From an uncultured Bacillales bacterium (GTDB lineage Bacteria; Bacillota_I; Bacilli_A; RF39; UBA660), in contig CAMNEE010000001.1 in assembly GCA_946536225.1 (NCBI GenBank), positions 333,484-397,483 on the forward strand: 64,000 nucleotides of DNA. Direction: 5' to 3'. This document shows, one piece after another, positions 29,799-38,867 of the stretch. Position 1 is the stretch's first letter. Each line of letters starts with the position of its first letter. A model generated the notes under the pieces. The model did no database searches and was not told where the DNA came from. It saw nothing but the letters and a program-made list of their open reading frames with translations. A program made the position numbers and the translations under genes.

Positions 29799-30724
29799 TG
29801 AAAAAAGAAAATAATTTAATATTTACTATTAAAGTATTATCAGTATTTGTTGTATTATTAGTTTTTACTCTTGTAGTAGTATTAGTTAATAATCATGATA
29901 AGAATCAAGTTGAAGAAACTACTAAAAGGACAGTACTTGCTAAAGTACTTGAAACTTATGATGACTTTTTATTAGTAGAAGATGAAGATACTAATAAAAA
30001 ATATACTATATCTACTAAAGATAAATATAATGAAGGTGATTATATTTATGTGACTTATAGTAAAGATATAGAAAAACCAGATAATATAGAAGTAATTATT
30101 ACTAATAAAGAAACTAAGGATAAAATGGTTGTAGAAGATGAAGTTACTACTGCTACAACTTCTAAAACAAATGTTAATAATGAAAAAAAGGAAGTAGCTC
30201 CAACAAGAACTACAAAAACTACAGTTTTCCAAGAAAACAAGAGTATTGATGAAATAGTAGTAGATTATGCTAAAAAAGCAAAAGATACTATAGATACTTA
30301 TGTATTAAATGATACAAATAAAGAAAAAGCAAAGACTAGTTTTTGTACTTTAGTAGACTTTATATTCTATGATGGAACTATTAAAGGTCATACATTTAAA
30401 GAGTTATCAGCAAGTGCTAAAGCAAAAGTAATTTATTATACTTTATTAATTGATGGCAAGATAGATGAAAAATGGCCTGGTTATAAAGATACAATTAATA
30501 GTAAATATAATGATGTTAAATTAAAGCTTGTGGCTAAATATTTAGAAATTTGTGACTATGTAAGAGAAAATCAACCTGAGTTATATGAGAACTTAAAAAG
30601 TGACTTTGCTCTTTTAAAGAAAAGTGTAAGTATTACTTGGGATTTTGTAAAATCTGCTCTTACTTCTGCAGGTAAATTTACTACAAGTAAGTTAAAGAAT
30701 TGGTATGAAACTTTCAGAGGATAA
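29798..30724 (+). CDS. Hypothetical membrane-anchored protein (N-terminal TM; Lys/Glu/Thr-rich)
   Basis: TAATG overlap with der. One N-terminal TM helix. No recognised motif. Confidence 0.4.
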   Translation: MKKENNLIFTIKVLSVFVVLLVFTLVVVLVNNHDKNQVEETTKRTVLAKVLETYDDFLLVEDEDTNKKYTISTKDKYNEGDYIYVTYSKDIEKPDNIEVIITNKETKDKMVVEDEVTTATTSKTNVNNEKKEVAPTRTTKTTVFQENKSIDEIVVDYAKKAKDTIDTYVLNDTNKEKAKTSFCTLVDFIFYDGTIKGHTFKELSASAKAKVIYYTLLIDGKIDEKWPGYKDTINSKYNDVKLKLVAKYLEICDYVRENQPELYENLKSDFALLKKSVSITWDFVKSALTSAGKFTTSKLKNWYETFRG

Positions 30725-30727
30725 TGT

Positions 30728-31342
30728 ATGGAACTTGATGGAAGATGGTACAACATTGTTATTGAAAGAAAGAAAATAAAGAATATTATATTTAGAATAA
30801 AAGGTAATGATTTAGTTATCTCTTGCAATAGACTTGTTCCTGAACGTGAAATAAAAAGACTTTTAATTAAAAATGAGAAGTCTTTAAGCAAAATGGCTAT
30901 GAAAGAGGCTAATCGTCATGCAGATGATGATAAAGTTTTATTTCTTGGTTATAAGTTGAAGTATCAATATGATACAAAAGTACATTTTGATGAAAAAGTT
31001 GCATATGGACCAAGTGTAGATAAGGTAAATGAATCATTAGAAAAACATGCTTTAAAATATTTCCAAGATAGAATGGATATATACTTACCTGAGTTTAAGA
31101 ATCTTCCTAAGTTTAAACTTAGAACAAGAAAGATGAAAACAAGATGGGGAGTATGTAATAAAAGCAGTATGAGTGTTACCCTAAATACTCTTTTAATCCA
31201 TAAAAGAGTGGATTTAATTGATTATGTTATATGTCATGAATTAAGTCACTTTGAACATATGGATCACTCAAAAGCTTTCTGGGAAGAAGTAGGAAGACAT
31301 TTTAAAGATTATAAAGCTGCTAGAAAGGAATTGAACTCATGA
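30728..31342 (+). CDS. YgjP/DUF45-like metal-dependent hydrolase (HEXXH)
   Basis: 'WGVC...' and 'CHELSHFEHMDHSKAFW' fit the zincin-like YgjP family. 204 aa. Confidence 0.55.
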   Translation: MELDGRWYNIVIERKKIKNIIFRIKGNDLVISCNRLVPEREIKRLLIKNEKSLSKMAMKEANRHADDDKVLFLGYKLKYQYDTKVHFDEKVAYGPSVDKVNESLEKHALKYFQDRMDIYLPEFKNLPKFKLRTRKMKTRWGVCNKSSMSVTLNTLLIHKRVDLIDYVICHELSHFEHMDHSKAFWEEVGRHFKDYKAARKELNS

Positions 31343-32040
31343 TTGAATCGGTTAATAATGAAAGAATTAAAGAATATGCAAAACTTAATTCTAAAAAGTA
31401 TAGAGATGAAGCTGGACTATTTATAGTTGAAGGTGAACACTTAGTTGAAGAAGCTTTAAAGAAAACAAGTGCCGTTGATATATTTTCATTAGACGATAGT
31501 TATACTAAAGTAAGTGAAGCAGTCATGAGAAAACTATCTAGTCTAAATACTTTACCTAATGTTTTAGCTATTTGTAAGAAACCTGAGGAAGAAGAGATAA
31601 AGGGAAATGTATTAATACTTGATGGAGTACAAGATCCAGGTAACTTAGGTACTATTATTAGAAGTGCTGTTGCATTTGGAATAGATACTATTATTACAAG
31701 TGAAGATACAGTAGACTATTTAAATAGTAAAGTATTAAGAGCAAGTGAAGGAATGGTATTTCATATAAATATTTTAGAAAAGAATTTATTTGAAGAATTA
31801 CCAGTACTAAAGAATAAATATAAGATATATACTACTAATGTAGTAAATGGTAGTGATGTATCTAAAATAGAAGTAGATAAACCTTATGCAATTATCATGG
31901 GTAATGAAGGAAATGGTGTAAAAAAGAAAAACGCTGAATATGCAAGTGATACTATTTATATACCAATGAATGAAACCTGTGAAAGCTTAAATGTAGCAAT
32001 TGCTACAAGTATTATTCTTTATGAATTTAGCAAGAAATAA
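31339..32040 (+). CDS. TrmH/SpoU-family RNA 2'-O-methyltransferase
   Basis: 'LDGVQDPGNLGTIIRSAVAFGIDTII' and 'IIMGNEGNGV' are SpoU motifs. 233 aa. Confidence 0.75.
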   Translation: MIESVNNERIKEYAKLNSKKYRDEAGLFIVEGEHLVEEALKKTSAVDIFSLDDSYTKVSEAVMRKLSSLNTLPNVLAICKKPEEEEIKGNVLILDGVQDPGNLGTIIRSAVAFGIDTIITSEDTVDYLNSKVLRASEGMVFHINILEKNLFEELPVLKNKYKIYTTNVVNGSDVSKIEVDKPYAIIMGNEGNGVKKKNAEYASDTIYIPMNETCESLNVAIATSIILYEFSKK

Positions 32041-32056
32041 TTTCTTGCTTTTTTTT
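32030..32056 (+). terminator. Rho-independent terminator
   Basis: gcaagaaa-taa-tttcttgc followed by T8. Confidence 0.7.
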
Positions 32057-32099
32057 ATAAATATTCTAGTGTATAATTAAATCAGAATAGGTGAATAGT

Positions 32100-32996
32100 A
32101 TGAAAAAGAATGTATTTTATGTATTACTTTTGTTTGTTGCAGCAATAGTAATTGCTGGAAGTAGTTATATATATAGTTCTTACTCTCTTGATAGTTATCC
32201 TATTAATAAAGAAGGAAACTATTATATAACAGGAGGGAAGGGAGTAATACTTAATGGTATTAGTTGTTATTTATCTGACTATTCATCTAATAACTATGAT
32301 AGATCAACTTCTCTAATTAATAGTTATAGTAATCCAAATCATAAAGATACATATTTATTTAAAGTTAATAAATCCTCTAATGGATATAACTGTGATATGT
32401 TTCCTTATAAAGCAGGTACAGTTACTATCCAATGTAACAAAAATTATATAAATACTGGTGAGAGTACAAGTTGTACTGCTAAAAGTGTTACTTCAAGTGA
32501 TGGAGTAAAGTCTGTTAGTTTTAAAGTGTCTACAGATAAGTTAGTACTAAAGAACTTTTCTTCTAATTATTTTGAAGTAGTAGATAATAATGATAAAACT
32601 TATACTTTTGTTGCTAAGAGAAATAATCTACTTTCTAACACTGAATATCTACTTGCTGCTTTTGATATTGTTAATAATGGTGAGTATGATGGACATGATA
32701 ATAGTATTAGTTTTAATAATATTACTTATGTAGATAATATAGTGTCTTTAGATGTTGGTAGTTCAACTCTTGTATTTACTGAAGGAAAAGGTAGGGAAGA
32801 AGAGAATACAACTTCAAGTGGAACTACTACAACTACTGTTACACATGCAGTTACTGAAGGAATAGGTAATATGCCTAAGACAGGAGAGTCTCATGGTATT
32901 AGTGGAGTAGTTGCAGTTTTGTTAACTGTATTTATTGCAACTATGTCTATTGCACTTGGAATATTAATTACTACTATTTTTAAGAAAAAGAATTAA
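32100..32996 (+). CDS. Cell-surface protein with LPXTG-like sorting signal (MPKTG)
   Basis: Signal peptide. C-terminal 'NMPKTGESHG', then a hydrophobic stretch, then 'KKKN'. Confidence 0.55.
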   Translation: MKKNVFYVLLLFVAAIVIAGSSYIYSSYSLDSYPINKEGNYYITGGKGVILNGISCYLSDYSSNNYDRSTSLINSYSNPNHKDTYLFKVNKSSNGYNCDMFPYKAGTVTIQCNKNYINTGESTSCTAKSVTSSDGVKSVSFKVSTDKLVLKNFSSNYFEVVDNNDKTYTFVAKRNNLLSNTEYLLAAFDIVNNGEYDGHDNSISFNNITYVDNIVSLDVGSSTLVFTEGKGREEENTTSSGTTTTTVTHAVTEGIGNMPKTGESHGISGVVAVLLTVFIATMSIALGILITTIFKKKN

Positions 32997-33022
32997 GAAC
33001 TTCTATTTAGAAGTTTTTTTAT
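32997..33022 (+). terminator. Rho-independent terminator
   Basis: gaacttcta-ttt-agaagtt followed by T7. Confidence 0.6.
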
Positions 33023-33059
33023 TCTCTTAATTATTATTATTTGTTATAATTTATTTGTG

Positions 33060-33746
33060 ATGAATAATATGAAAAAATTAACATTTTTAAATAATAAAAA
33101 AATCGCCCATTCAGGCGTTTATGATAATAAAAAAATATATGAAAATTCACTTGAAGCAATAGTTAAAGCCTTGAAAAAAGACTTTATTATTTCTTTAGAT
33201 GTAAAAATGCTTAAAGATGGATCATTAGTTCTTTTTAGTGACGAAACTTTGGAAAGACTATTACATGTGGATCAAAAAATATCTAAAGTTAAAAGAGATG
33301 ATTTAGATTATATATCTAAATATAAAATACCTACTTTAGATGAAGCCTTATTAGTAATAAATGGAAGAGTACCTGTTATTATTAATATTAAGTGTTCATC
33401 TCGTAAGCATGCAGTAGAAAATAGTATTTTAAATTTACTTAAGGATTATCCTGGACAATATACAATACAATCTAATAATACTGGTCAATTAAAATATATT
33501 CATAAAAAGAATAAAGATATAATAATTGGTCATGTAATAAATAAGAAGAATTATTATAATTTTATATTCTTCCATGATTTTGATTATGTATGTATAGATG
33601 CTTTACTTGTAAGTGAAAAACAAGCCAAGAAGTTAAAGGAAGATTATTTCCTAGTAGGATATGGAGTAAAAACTCAAGAACAATATGATAAGCGAAAAAA
33701 TGGTTATGATGCTTTGATGTGTGATAATATTCTTGATATCAAATAA
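33060..33746 (+). CDS. Glycerophosphodiester phosphodiesterase (GDPD)-family protein
   Basis: 'KKIAHSGV...ENSLEAI...SLDVKMLKDGSLVLFSDETLERL' follows the GDPD N-terminal pattern (AH[RS]G...EN[ST]L...E.D..L.KDG..V..HD). Confidence 0.55.
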   Translation: MNNMKKLTFLNNKKIAHSGVYDNKKIYENSLEAIVKALKKDFIISLDVKMLKDGSLVLFSDETLERLLHVDQKISKVKRDDLDYISKYKIPTLDEALLVINGRVPVIINIKCSSRKHAVENSILNLLKDYPGQYTIQSNNTGQLKYIHKKNKDIIIGHVINKKNYYNFIFFHDFDYVCIDALLVSEKQAKKLKEDYFLVGYGVKTQEQYDKRKNGYDALMCDNILDIK

Positions 33747-33788
33747 TAAAAGAATTATAATAAAAAGCAAAACATTGAGAGGTTAGTT

Positions 33789-34277
33789 ATGGACGAAGTA
33801 TATGTTGGAAAATTAGTAAACACTCGTGGTCTTAAGGGTGAAGTAAAAGTAATAAGTGATTTTGAACTTAAAAAGGAAGCTTTTAAACCTGGTAAAACTG
33901 TTTATATAAACGGAAGAGGATATATTATTAAGCATTATAGTACTTTTAAACAATTTGATTTGCTTCAATTTGAAGGAATAGATGATATTAATCGTGTTGA
34001 AGTACTTAAGGGTGCAGATATATATGTTGATAGACCTTCTTTAGGTTTAGGTGAAGATGATTACTTATTAAGTGATCTATTTGATATGAGTGTAATTTGT
34101 GATGGAGAAGAAATAGGAATAATAGAAGACTATACAACTGGTGTTAATCCATTACTAGAAGTTAAATATAACAATAAGACATATTATATTCCTCTTAATT
34201 CTAATTACATTGATCATGTTAGTTTAGAAGAAGGGCGTGTTTATGTAATAAGTGAAACAAAAGGATTAGTACTATGA
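33789..34277 (+). CDS. rimM: 16S rRNA processing protein RimM
   Basis: 'VGKLVNTRGLKGEVKV' N-terminus, 162 aa, immediately upstream of trmD. Confidence 0.8.
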   Translation: MDEVYVGKLVNTRGLKGEVKVISDFELKKEAFKPGKTVYINGRGYIIKHYSTFKQFDLLQFEGIDDINRVEVLKGADIYVDRPSLGLGEDDYLLSDLFDMSVICDGEEIGIIEDYTTGVNPLLEVKYNNKTYYIPLNSNYIDHVSLEEGRVYVISETKGLVL

Positions 34278-34936
34278 AAATAAGTATATTAACATTATTT
34301 CCTAATCTTTTTGATAATTTTAAAAATGAATCTATTATTAAAAGAGCAATAGATAAAGGATTAGTTGAAATAGAAGTAATTAATATTAGAGATTTTTCTA
34401 CTTTAAATAATCATCAAGTAGATGATACTCCATATGGTGGAGGAGCAGGAATGGTTATGAGAGTAGATATAGTAGTTGATGCTATCGAGTCTGTTAAGAC
34501 GGAAGACTCAAAAGTATATTTAATGACACCTGCTGGTAAGACTTTTAATCAAAATATGGCATATGACTTAAGTCATGAAAAACATATTATATTAGTATGT
34601 GGTCATTATGAAGGAATAGATGAGAGAATTACAAACTTTATAGATGGAGAAATTTCTATTGGAGACTTCGTGTTAACAGGTGGTGAAATACCAGCTATGG
34701 TTATTACAGATGCTGTAGCTAGACTTGTAGATGGAGTTATTACTAAGGACTCTTTAAGTGATGAATCTTTTACAGGTGACTTACTAGATTATCCAACATA
34801 CACAAGACCTCCAGAGTTTAGAGGTTTAAGTGTTCCAGATGTTTTATTAAGCGGACATCATGAAAATATTGACAAATGGAGAATGAGTGAGAGAATAAAA
34901 AGAACTGAGGAGAGAAGACCAGACTTAAATAAATAA
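34274..34936 (+). CDS. trmD: tRNA (m1G37) methyltransferase TrmD
   Basis: 'ILTLFPNLF', 'GGGAGMVM', 'LVCGHYEGIDERI'. 220 aa. Confidence 0.9.
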   Translation: MKISILTLFPNLFDNFKNESIIKRAIDKGLVEIEVINIRDFSTLNNHQVDDTPYGGGAGMVMRVDIVVDAIESVKTEDSKVYLMTPAGKTFNQNMAYDLSHEKHIILVCGHYEGIDERITNFIDGEISIGDFVLTGGEIPAMVITDAVARLVDGVITKDSLSDESFTGDLLDYPTYTRPPEFRGLSVPDVLLSGHHENIDKWRMSERIKRTEERRPDLNK

Positions 34937-34956
34937 TTTATATTGGGGGTAAAAGT

Positions 34957-35403
34957 ATGAGTTATATAGTTTTAAAAAATAAAAATGTATATGATATCAA
35001 TTATATGGAATATGACTTAGATGGTATGGTTATGCATCCTAAATTAAAGGGAAGTGCTTATATTCATGTAAGTGAAGCAAGATTCTATGATCAAGATATA
35101 ATAAAGAATATATGTCTTACTAAATTAAAAAAACAATTTGGTAGTTTAGTAAAAATAGTATTTAATTATTTAACTCAAGATGATGAAACTGCTGATGGAG
35201 GAGATTATATTATTCTTCTTGATGAAGTAGCTCATTTAAAAGCCCAATTAGAAATTAAGTATAAACGTTTCTTAGATAATGAAATGTATAGAGAATATAT
35301 GGATAAACTATACTTTTTAGATATAAATTTGAAAAATAAACTAGCTAGAGTTAACCTATATAGCCAAATAAGTGAACAACTTGGCGGAAAATTTACAAGA
35401 TAA
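34957..35403 (+). CDS. Hypothetical protein
   Basis: RBS GGGGGTAA. 148 aa. No motif. Confidence 0.4.
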   Translation: MSYIVLKNKNVYDINYMEYDLDGMVMHPKLKGSAYIHVSEARFYDQDIIKNICLTKLKKQFGSLVKIVFNYLTQDDETADGGDYIILLDEVAHLKAQLEIKYKRFLDNEMYREYMDKLYFLDINLKNKLARVNLYSQISEQLGGKFTR

Positions 35404-35404
35404 T

Positions 35405-35433
35405 AAACATTTTTTAAAAAAATGTTTATTTTT
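35405..35433 (+). terminator. Rho-independent terminator
   Basis: aaacatttttt / aaaaaatgttt hairpin followed by T-run. Confidence 0.55.
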
Positions 35434-35478
35434 TCTCTTTTGTGTGCTATAGTACAAGTAACAAAGGAGTGGTGTTTA

Positions 35479-35622
35479 TGAAGATAATTAAGTGGATAGT
35501 TGCCATTTTGATTGTATTGGGCATTGGATTTGCTATTTATGACTTCATTAGTTCTCAACATTTTGAGATAAATTCTGCTCAAATAATTGTTATCCTATTA
35601 ATGTATATCTTATTAAGTTAAT
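35479..35622 (+). CDS. Small membrane protein (47 aa), not in ORF track
   Basis: RBS AAAGGAGTGG 6 nt before ATG 35479. 'MKIIKWIVAILIVLGIGFAIYDFISS...' has one TM helix. Followed by the terminator at 35644-35668. Confidence 0.35.
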
Positions 35623-35643
35623 AGGTGATATAACACTTTAAAA

Positions 35644-35668
35644 GACATACCAAAAGGTATGTTTTTTA
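35644..35668 (+). terminator. Rho-independent terminator
   Basis: gacatacc-aaaa-ggtatgtt followed by T-run. Confidence 0.6.
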
Positions 35669-35704
35669 TTTTTTTAAAAAAATTTAATTTTTTAAAAAAA
35701 GTAG

Positions 35705-35743
35705 TTGACTTTTTTCTTTGTTATTAATAAAATGTTAATAACA
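35705..35743 (+). promoter_or_regulatory. Sigma-A-type promoter (TTGACT-17-TAAAAT) overlapped by a perfect 9-bp inverted repeat TGTTATTAA-N7-TTAATAACA; candidate NrtR operator 1
   Basis: -35 at 35705-35710 and -10 at 35728-35733. Inverted-repeat arms at 35719-35727 and 35735-35743, with the spacer covering the -10. Confidence 0.5.
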
Positions 35744-35772
35744 GATGAGGAAAACATTTGATTTATTTAAAT

Positions 35773-35789
35773 ATTTGTTATTAACAAAT
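35773..35789 (+). promoter_or_regulatory. Perfect 17-bp palindrome ATTTGTTA-T-TAACAAAT in the 5' leader; candidate operator 2
   Basis: Shares the TTGTTATTAA half-site with the promoter inverted repeat. Lies about 35-50 nt downstream of the predicted TSS. Confidence 0.45.
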
Positions 35790-35815
35790 TGATAATAAGA
35801 AAGAAGGAAGAAAAA

Positions 35816-36178
35816 ATGAAATTAACTTTAAATGAAAATCAAACTAAAGAATTAATCCAAAAATACTATAAGGAAGTAGAAGGGGTTGAAGTTAAAGTAC
35901 ATTTTGATACATATGAAGATTGCCAAAGTACATATGTTCAACCAGTTATATCTAAAGATATAGTAATAGCTGATATTAAAGTAACAGCTACTGAAGAAGT
36001 ATCAAACATGAAGATGACGGAAATATTTAATTTTTATTTACCAGCTGATTATAATTTTAAAAAATCATCTTTCAGTACCTACAGAGATTATGAAAGAATG
36101 GGTGACTATATAGAACGTGTAACTGCTTCAATAGAACTTGAACCTGTTGATCAAAAAACAAGAGGAAAACACATTTAA
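35816..36178 (+). CDS. Hypothetical protein, first gene of the NAD salvage operon
   Basis: RBS AGAAGGAAG 7 nt before ATG 35816. The track start at 35789 is a TTG inside the palindrome. 120 aa. Confidence 0.45.
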   Translation: MKLTLNENQTKELIQKYYKEVEGVEVKVHFDTYEDCQSTYVQPVISKDIVIADIKVTATEEVSNMKMTEIFNFYLPADYNFKKSSFSTYRDYERMGDYIERVTASIELEPVDQKTRGKHI

Positions 36179-36191
36179 TTTTTTATTTAAT

Positions 36192-36208
36192 ATTTGATAT
36201 TAACAAAA
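36192..36208 (+). promoter_or_regulatory. Imperfect copy of the palindrome (ATTTGATA-T-TAACAAAA) within a duplicated ~45-bp leader; candidate operator 3
   Basis: The 36183-36235 segment nearly repeats 35765-35815, including the RBS context ataataagaaagaaggaa. Confidence 0.35.
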
Positions 36209-36235
36209 TGATAATAAGAAAAAGAAGGAATAGTT

Positions 36236-36757
36236 ATGACAGAGGAATTCAAACAAGAAATTATAAAAGCAACAGAGTTTGCATTTGAAGAATCTTATAG
36301 AAAATCTTATGAAAATAGTAAAGCACTTTTAAGACCATATAAATTATTAGTTTTAGAAGCAATAAAAAGCTATAACTTTTTCACTGAAGAGTACGAAACT
36401 GAAACATTATTACAAAAGAAAGAGTTAGTCGGAACTCCAAGAGAAATAAAAATCTATAATGACACTTATGCTGAATTCAATAATCATTATGGAAAGATAT
36501 TTCTAAATTACAATTTAGGGTTTACTAATAGAGAAAGAATAGAACCTGACTTTATAGCAAATAGAACTTTTAAAGGAACAGTAATGAAACTATTCCTTGA
36601 AGAAGAAGGTATTAAAGTAGATTTTAAAGAACACAGTGATGAAGAATATGGTACTGATGAACAAGTTACTATTACATTTGATAATACAATACTACTAGAT
36701 TTAATAAAAAATACAGATGAAGCCGTAAAAAAGAAAAATAAAACTCAAAAGAAATAA
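36236..36757 (+). CDS. Hypothetical protein, second gene of the NAD salvage operon
   Basis: ATG after the duplicated leader. 173 aa. Confidence 0.45.
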   Translation: MTEEFKQEIIKATEFAFEESYRKSYENSKALLRPYKLLVLEAIKSYNFFTEEYETETLLQKKELVGTPREIKIYNDTYAEFNNHYGKIFLNYNLGFTNRERIEPDFIANRTFKGTVMKLFLEEEGIKVDFKEHSDEEYGTDEQVTITFDNTILLDLIKNTDEAVKKKNKTQKK

Positions 36758-36777
36758 TAAGAAAGAAGGAAGTAAAA

Positions 36778-37389
36778 ATGAAAAGAGAAGAAAAATTAAA
36801 AAACTTAAAAGAAATTAAAAATATGTTAGTCGTAATAGACATGGTAAAAGGATTTGTAGATGAAGGAACTTTAGCAGCACCTTCAATTAAAAGAGCAATA
36901 CCTAGACAAATAGAATTACTTGAAGAATATGGTAATGATCAAAATGGTTTAAATGTATTTGTTAGAGATACACATGATGAAGATAGTATTGAATTTAAAA
37001 CATTCCCACCTCATTGTTTAAGAGGTACAGCTGAAGTAGAAGTAACTGAAGAATTAAAACCTTATACAGAAGATGCAGTTGATTTTGAAAAGAATTCAAC
37101 AAACTTTATGTTAGCACCTAAAGTATTAGATTTCTTTAATGAATGTGAAAATCTAGAAAAGTTAGCATTCGTTGGATGCTTATCAGAAGTATGTGTTAAG
37201 AATGCAGCAATAACTGCTAGAAACTACTTCGATCAAGTGAATAGAGATGTAGAAGTTGGAGTATATACTGATGCAATTGATACATTTAATGCACCTGGAC
37301 ATGATGCAGATCTAGTAACAGAACAAGCTATTAAAGATATGGCTGCAAATGGAGTAAAAATTTATGAAAGAAAAAGAGGTAATAAATAA
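36778..37389 (+). CDS. pncA: Nicotinamidase (isochorismatase-family cysteine hydrolase)
   Basis: 'MLVVIDMVKGFVDEG' is the isochorismatase/PncA N-terminal motif. Cys is present in 'FVGCLSEVCV'. Adjacent to pncB. Confidence 0.7.
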   Translation: MKREEKLKNLKEIKNMLVVIDMVKGFVDEGTLAAPSIKRAIPRQIELLEEYGNDQNGLNVFVRDTHDEDSIEFKTFPPHCLRGTAEVEVTEELKPYTEDAVDFEKNSTNFMLAPKVLDFFNECENLEKLAFVGCLSEVCVKNAAITARNYFDQVNRDVEVGVYTDAIDTFNAPGHDADLVTEQAIKDMAANGVKIYERKRGNK

Positions 37390-38855
37390 TGATAACATTT
37401 AATGGACATGAAAGATTAAGTAGAAACTACACACTTATGAGTGATGAATATGAATTTACCATGGCAAATGGTTATTTAAATAACCATAAGGAAAATGAAG
37501 AAGCAGTATTTGATATCTTCTTTAGAAAGGTACCAAATCAAGGTGGATATGCTATCATGGCAGGACTTGATAAGGTAATTCCTTATATTGAAAATTTAAA
37601 ATTTGGTGAACAAGAATTAGATTACTTTAGAAGAAAAGGTTATCCAGAAGATTTTATTAATTACTTAAGAGATTTTAAATTTCATGGAGATATCTATGCA
37701 GTACCTGATGGAACACCAGTATTCCCAAATGAACCAATTGTTACTATTAAAGCTCCTTTAATTGAAGCTCAAATTGTTGAAACAGCACTTCTATCAATAG
37801 TAAACGGTGCTATGGAACATGCTACTGGTGCAAGAAGAATAATTGAAGCTGTACCTGAAGGTGTTGGTGTTATGGAATTTGGTGCAAGAAGAGCAGACGG
37901 AACTGAAGCAGCAATAGATGCATCTATATACGGAATCATGGCTGGATGTGTAGGAACAAGTAATATGTTAGCAGCTGATATGTTAAATATGAAAGGAATG
38001 GGTACTCAAGCTCATAGTTGGATTGAATCATATGAAACTGAGCTTGATGCATTTAAAGCATATGCTAGAACTTATCCAAATAACTGCATCTTACTAGTAG
38101 ATACAATTGATACTTTAAGAAGTGGTATTCCAAATGCAATTAAAACATTTAAATATATGAAAGAAATTGGATTACCTGTTGATCACATTGGTATAAGAAT
38201 TGATTCTGGTGATCTTGCTTATTTATCTAAAGAAACAAGAAAGATGTTAGATGAAGCAGGATTCCCACAAGCAAAAATTTGCTTAAGTAATGGTCTTACT
38301 GCTGAAACAATTGAAACACTTATCAACCAAGGTGCTAAATTTGATAGTTTAGGTGTAGGTGATAATATTTCTAAGCCAGAAGGAAGAATGGGATGTGTTT
38401 ATAAAGAAGTAGCACTTAATACAAATGGTACTTGGGAACCTAAAATTAAACTTAGTAACGATACTATTAAAATTGTTAATCCAGGATTTAAAAAACTTTA
38501 TAGAGCCTATGATAAAGAAACTGGATATGCAATTGCAGATATCATGGATTTATATGATAAAGATATTAAGAAACATGATTTAAATATAGTATCTGTAACA
38601 GATTATTTAAAACAAACTACAATTAATGATTTTGATTTAGTAGAGTTACAAAAACCAATCTTTAAAGATGGAGAACTTGTATATGATGATCCTGATATCA
38701 TGGGAAAAAGAGCATATTGCAATGAGCAAATGAAAACTTTATATCCAGAAGTTAAAAGAACAAATATGCCAAGTGAATACTATGTAGATGGCACAGAAGA
38801 ATATGTTAATTTCAAAAATGATTTAATTCAAAAAACAAGAAAAAGAGTTAAATAG
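37389..38855 (+). CDS. pncB: Nicotinate phosphoribosyltransferase
   Basis: 'YTLMSDEYEFTMANGYL' and 'GTQAHSWIESY'. 488 aa. ATGA overlap with pncA. Confidence 0.8.
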   Translation: MITFNGHERLSRNYTLMSDEYEFTMANGYLNNHKENEEAVFDIFFRKVPNQGGYAIMAGLDKVIPYIENLKFGEQELDYFRRKGYPEDFINYLRDFKFHGDIYAVPDGTPVFPNEPIVTIKAPLIEAQIVETALLSIVNGAMEHATGARRIIEAVPEGVGVMEFGARRADGTEAAIDASIYGIMAGCVGTSNMLAADMLNMKGMGTQAHSWIESYETELDAFKAYARTYPNNCILLVDTIDTLRSGIPNAIKTFKYMKEIGLPVDHIGIRIDSGDLAYLSKETRKMLDEAGFPQAKICLSNGLTAETIETLINQGAKFDSLGVGDNISKPEGRMGCVYKEVALNTNGTWEPKIKLSNDTIKIVNPGFKKLYRAYDKETGYAIADIMDLYDKDIKKHDLNIVSVTDYLKQTTINDFDLVELQKPIFKDGELVYDDPDIMGKRAYCNEQMKTLYPEVKRTNMPSEYYVDGTEEYVNFKNDLIQKTRKRVK

Positions 38856-38867
38856 GAGTGAATATAT

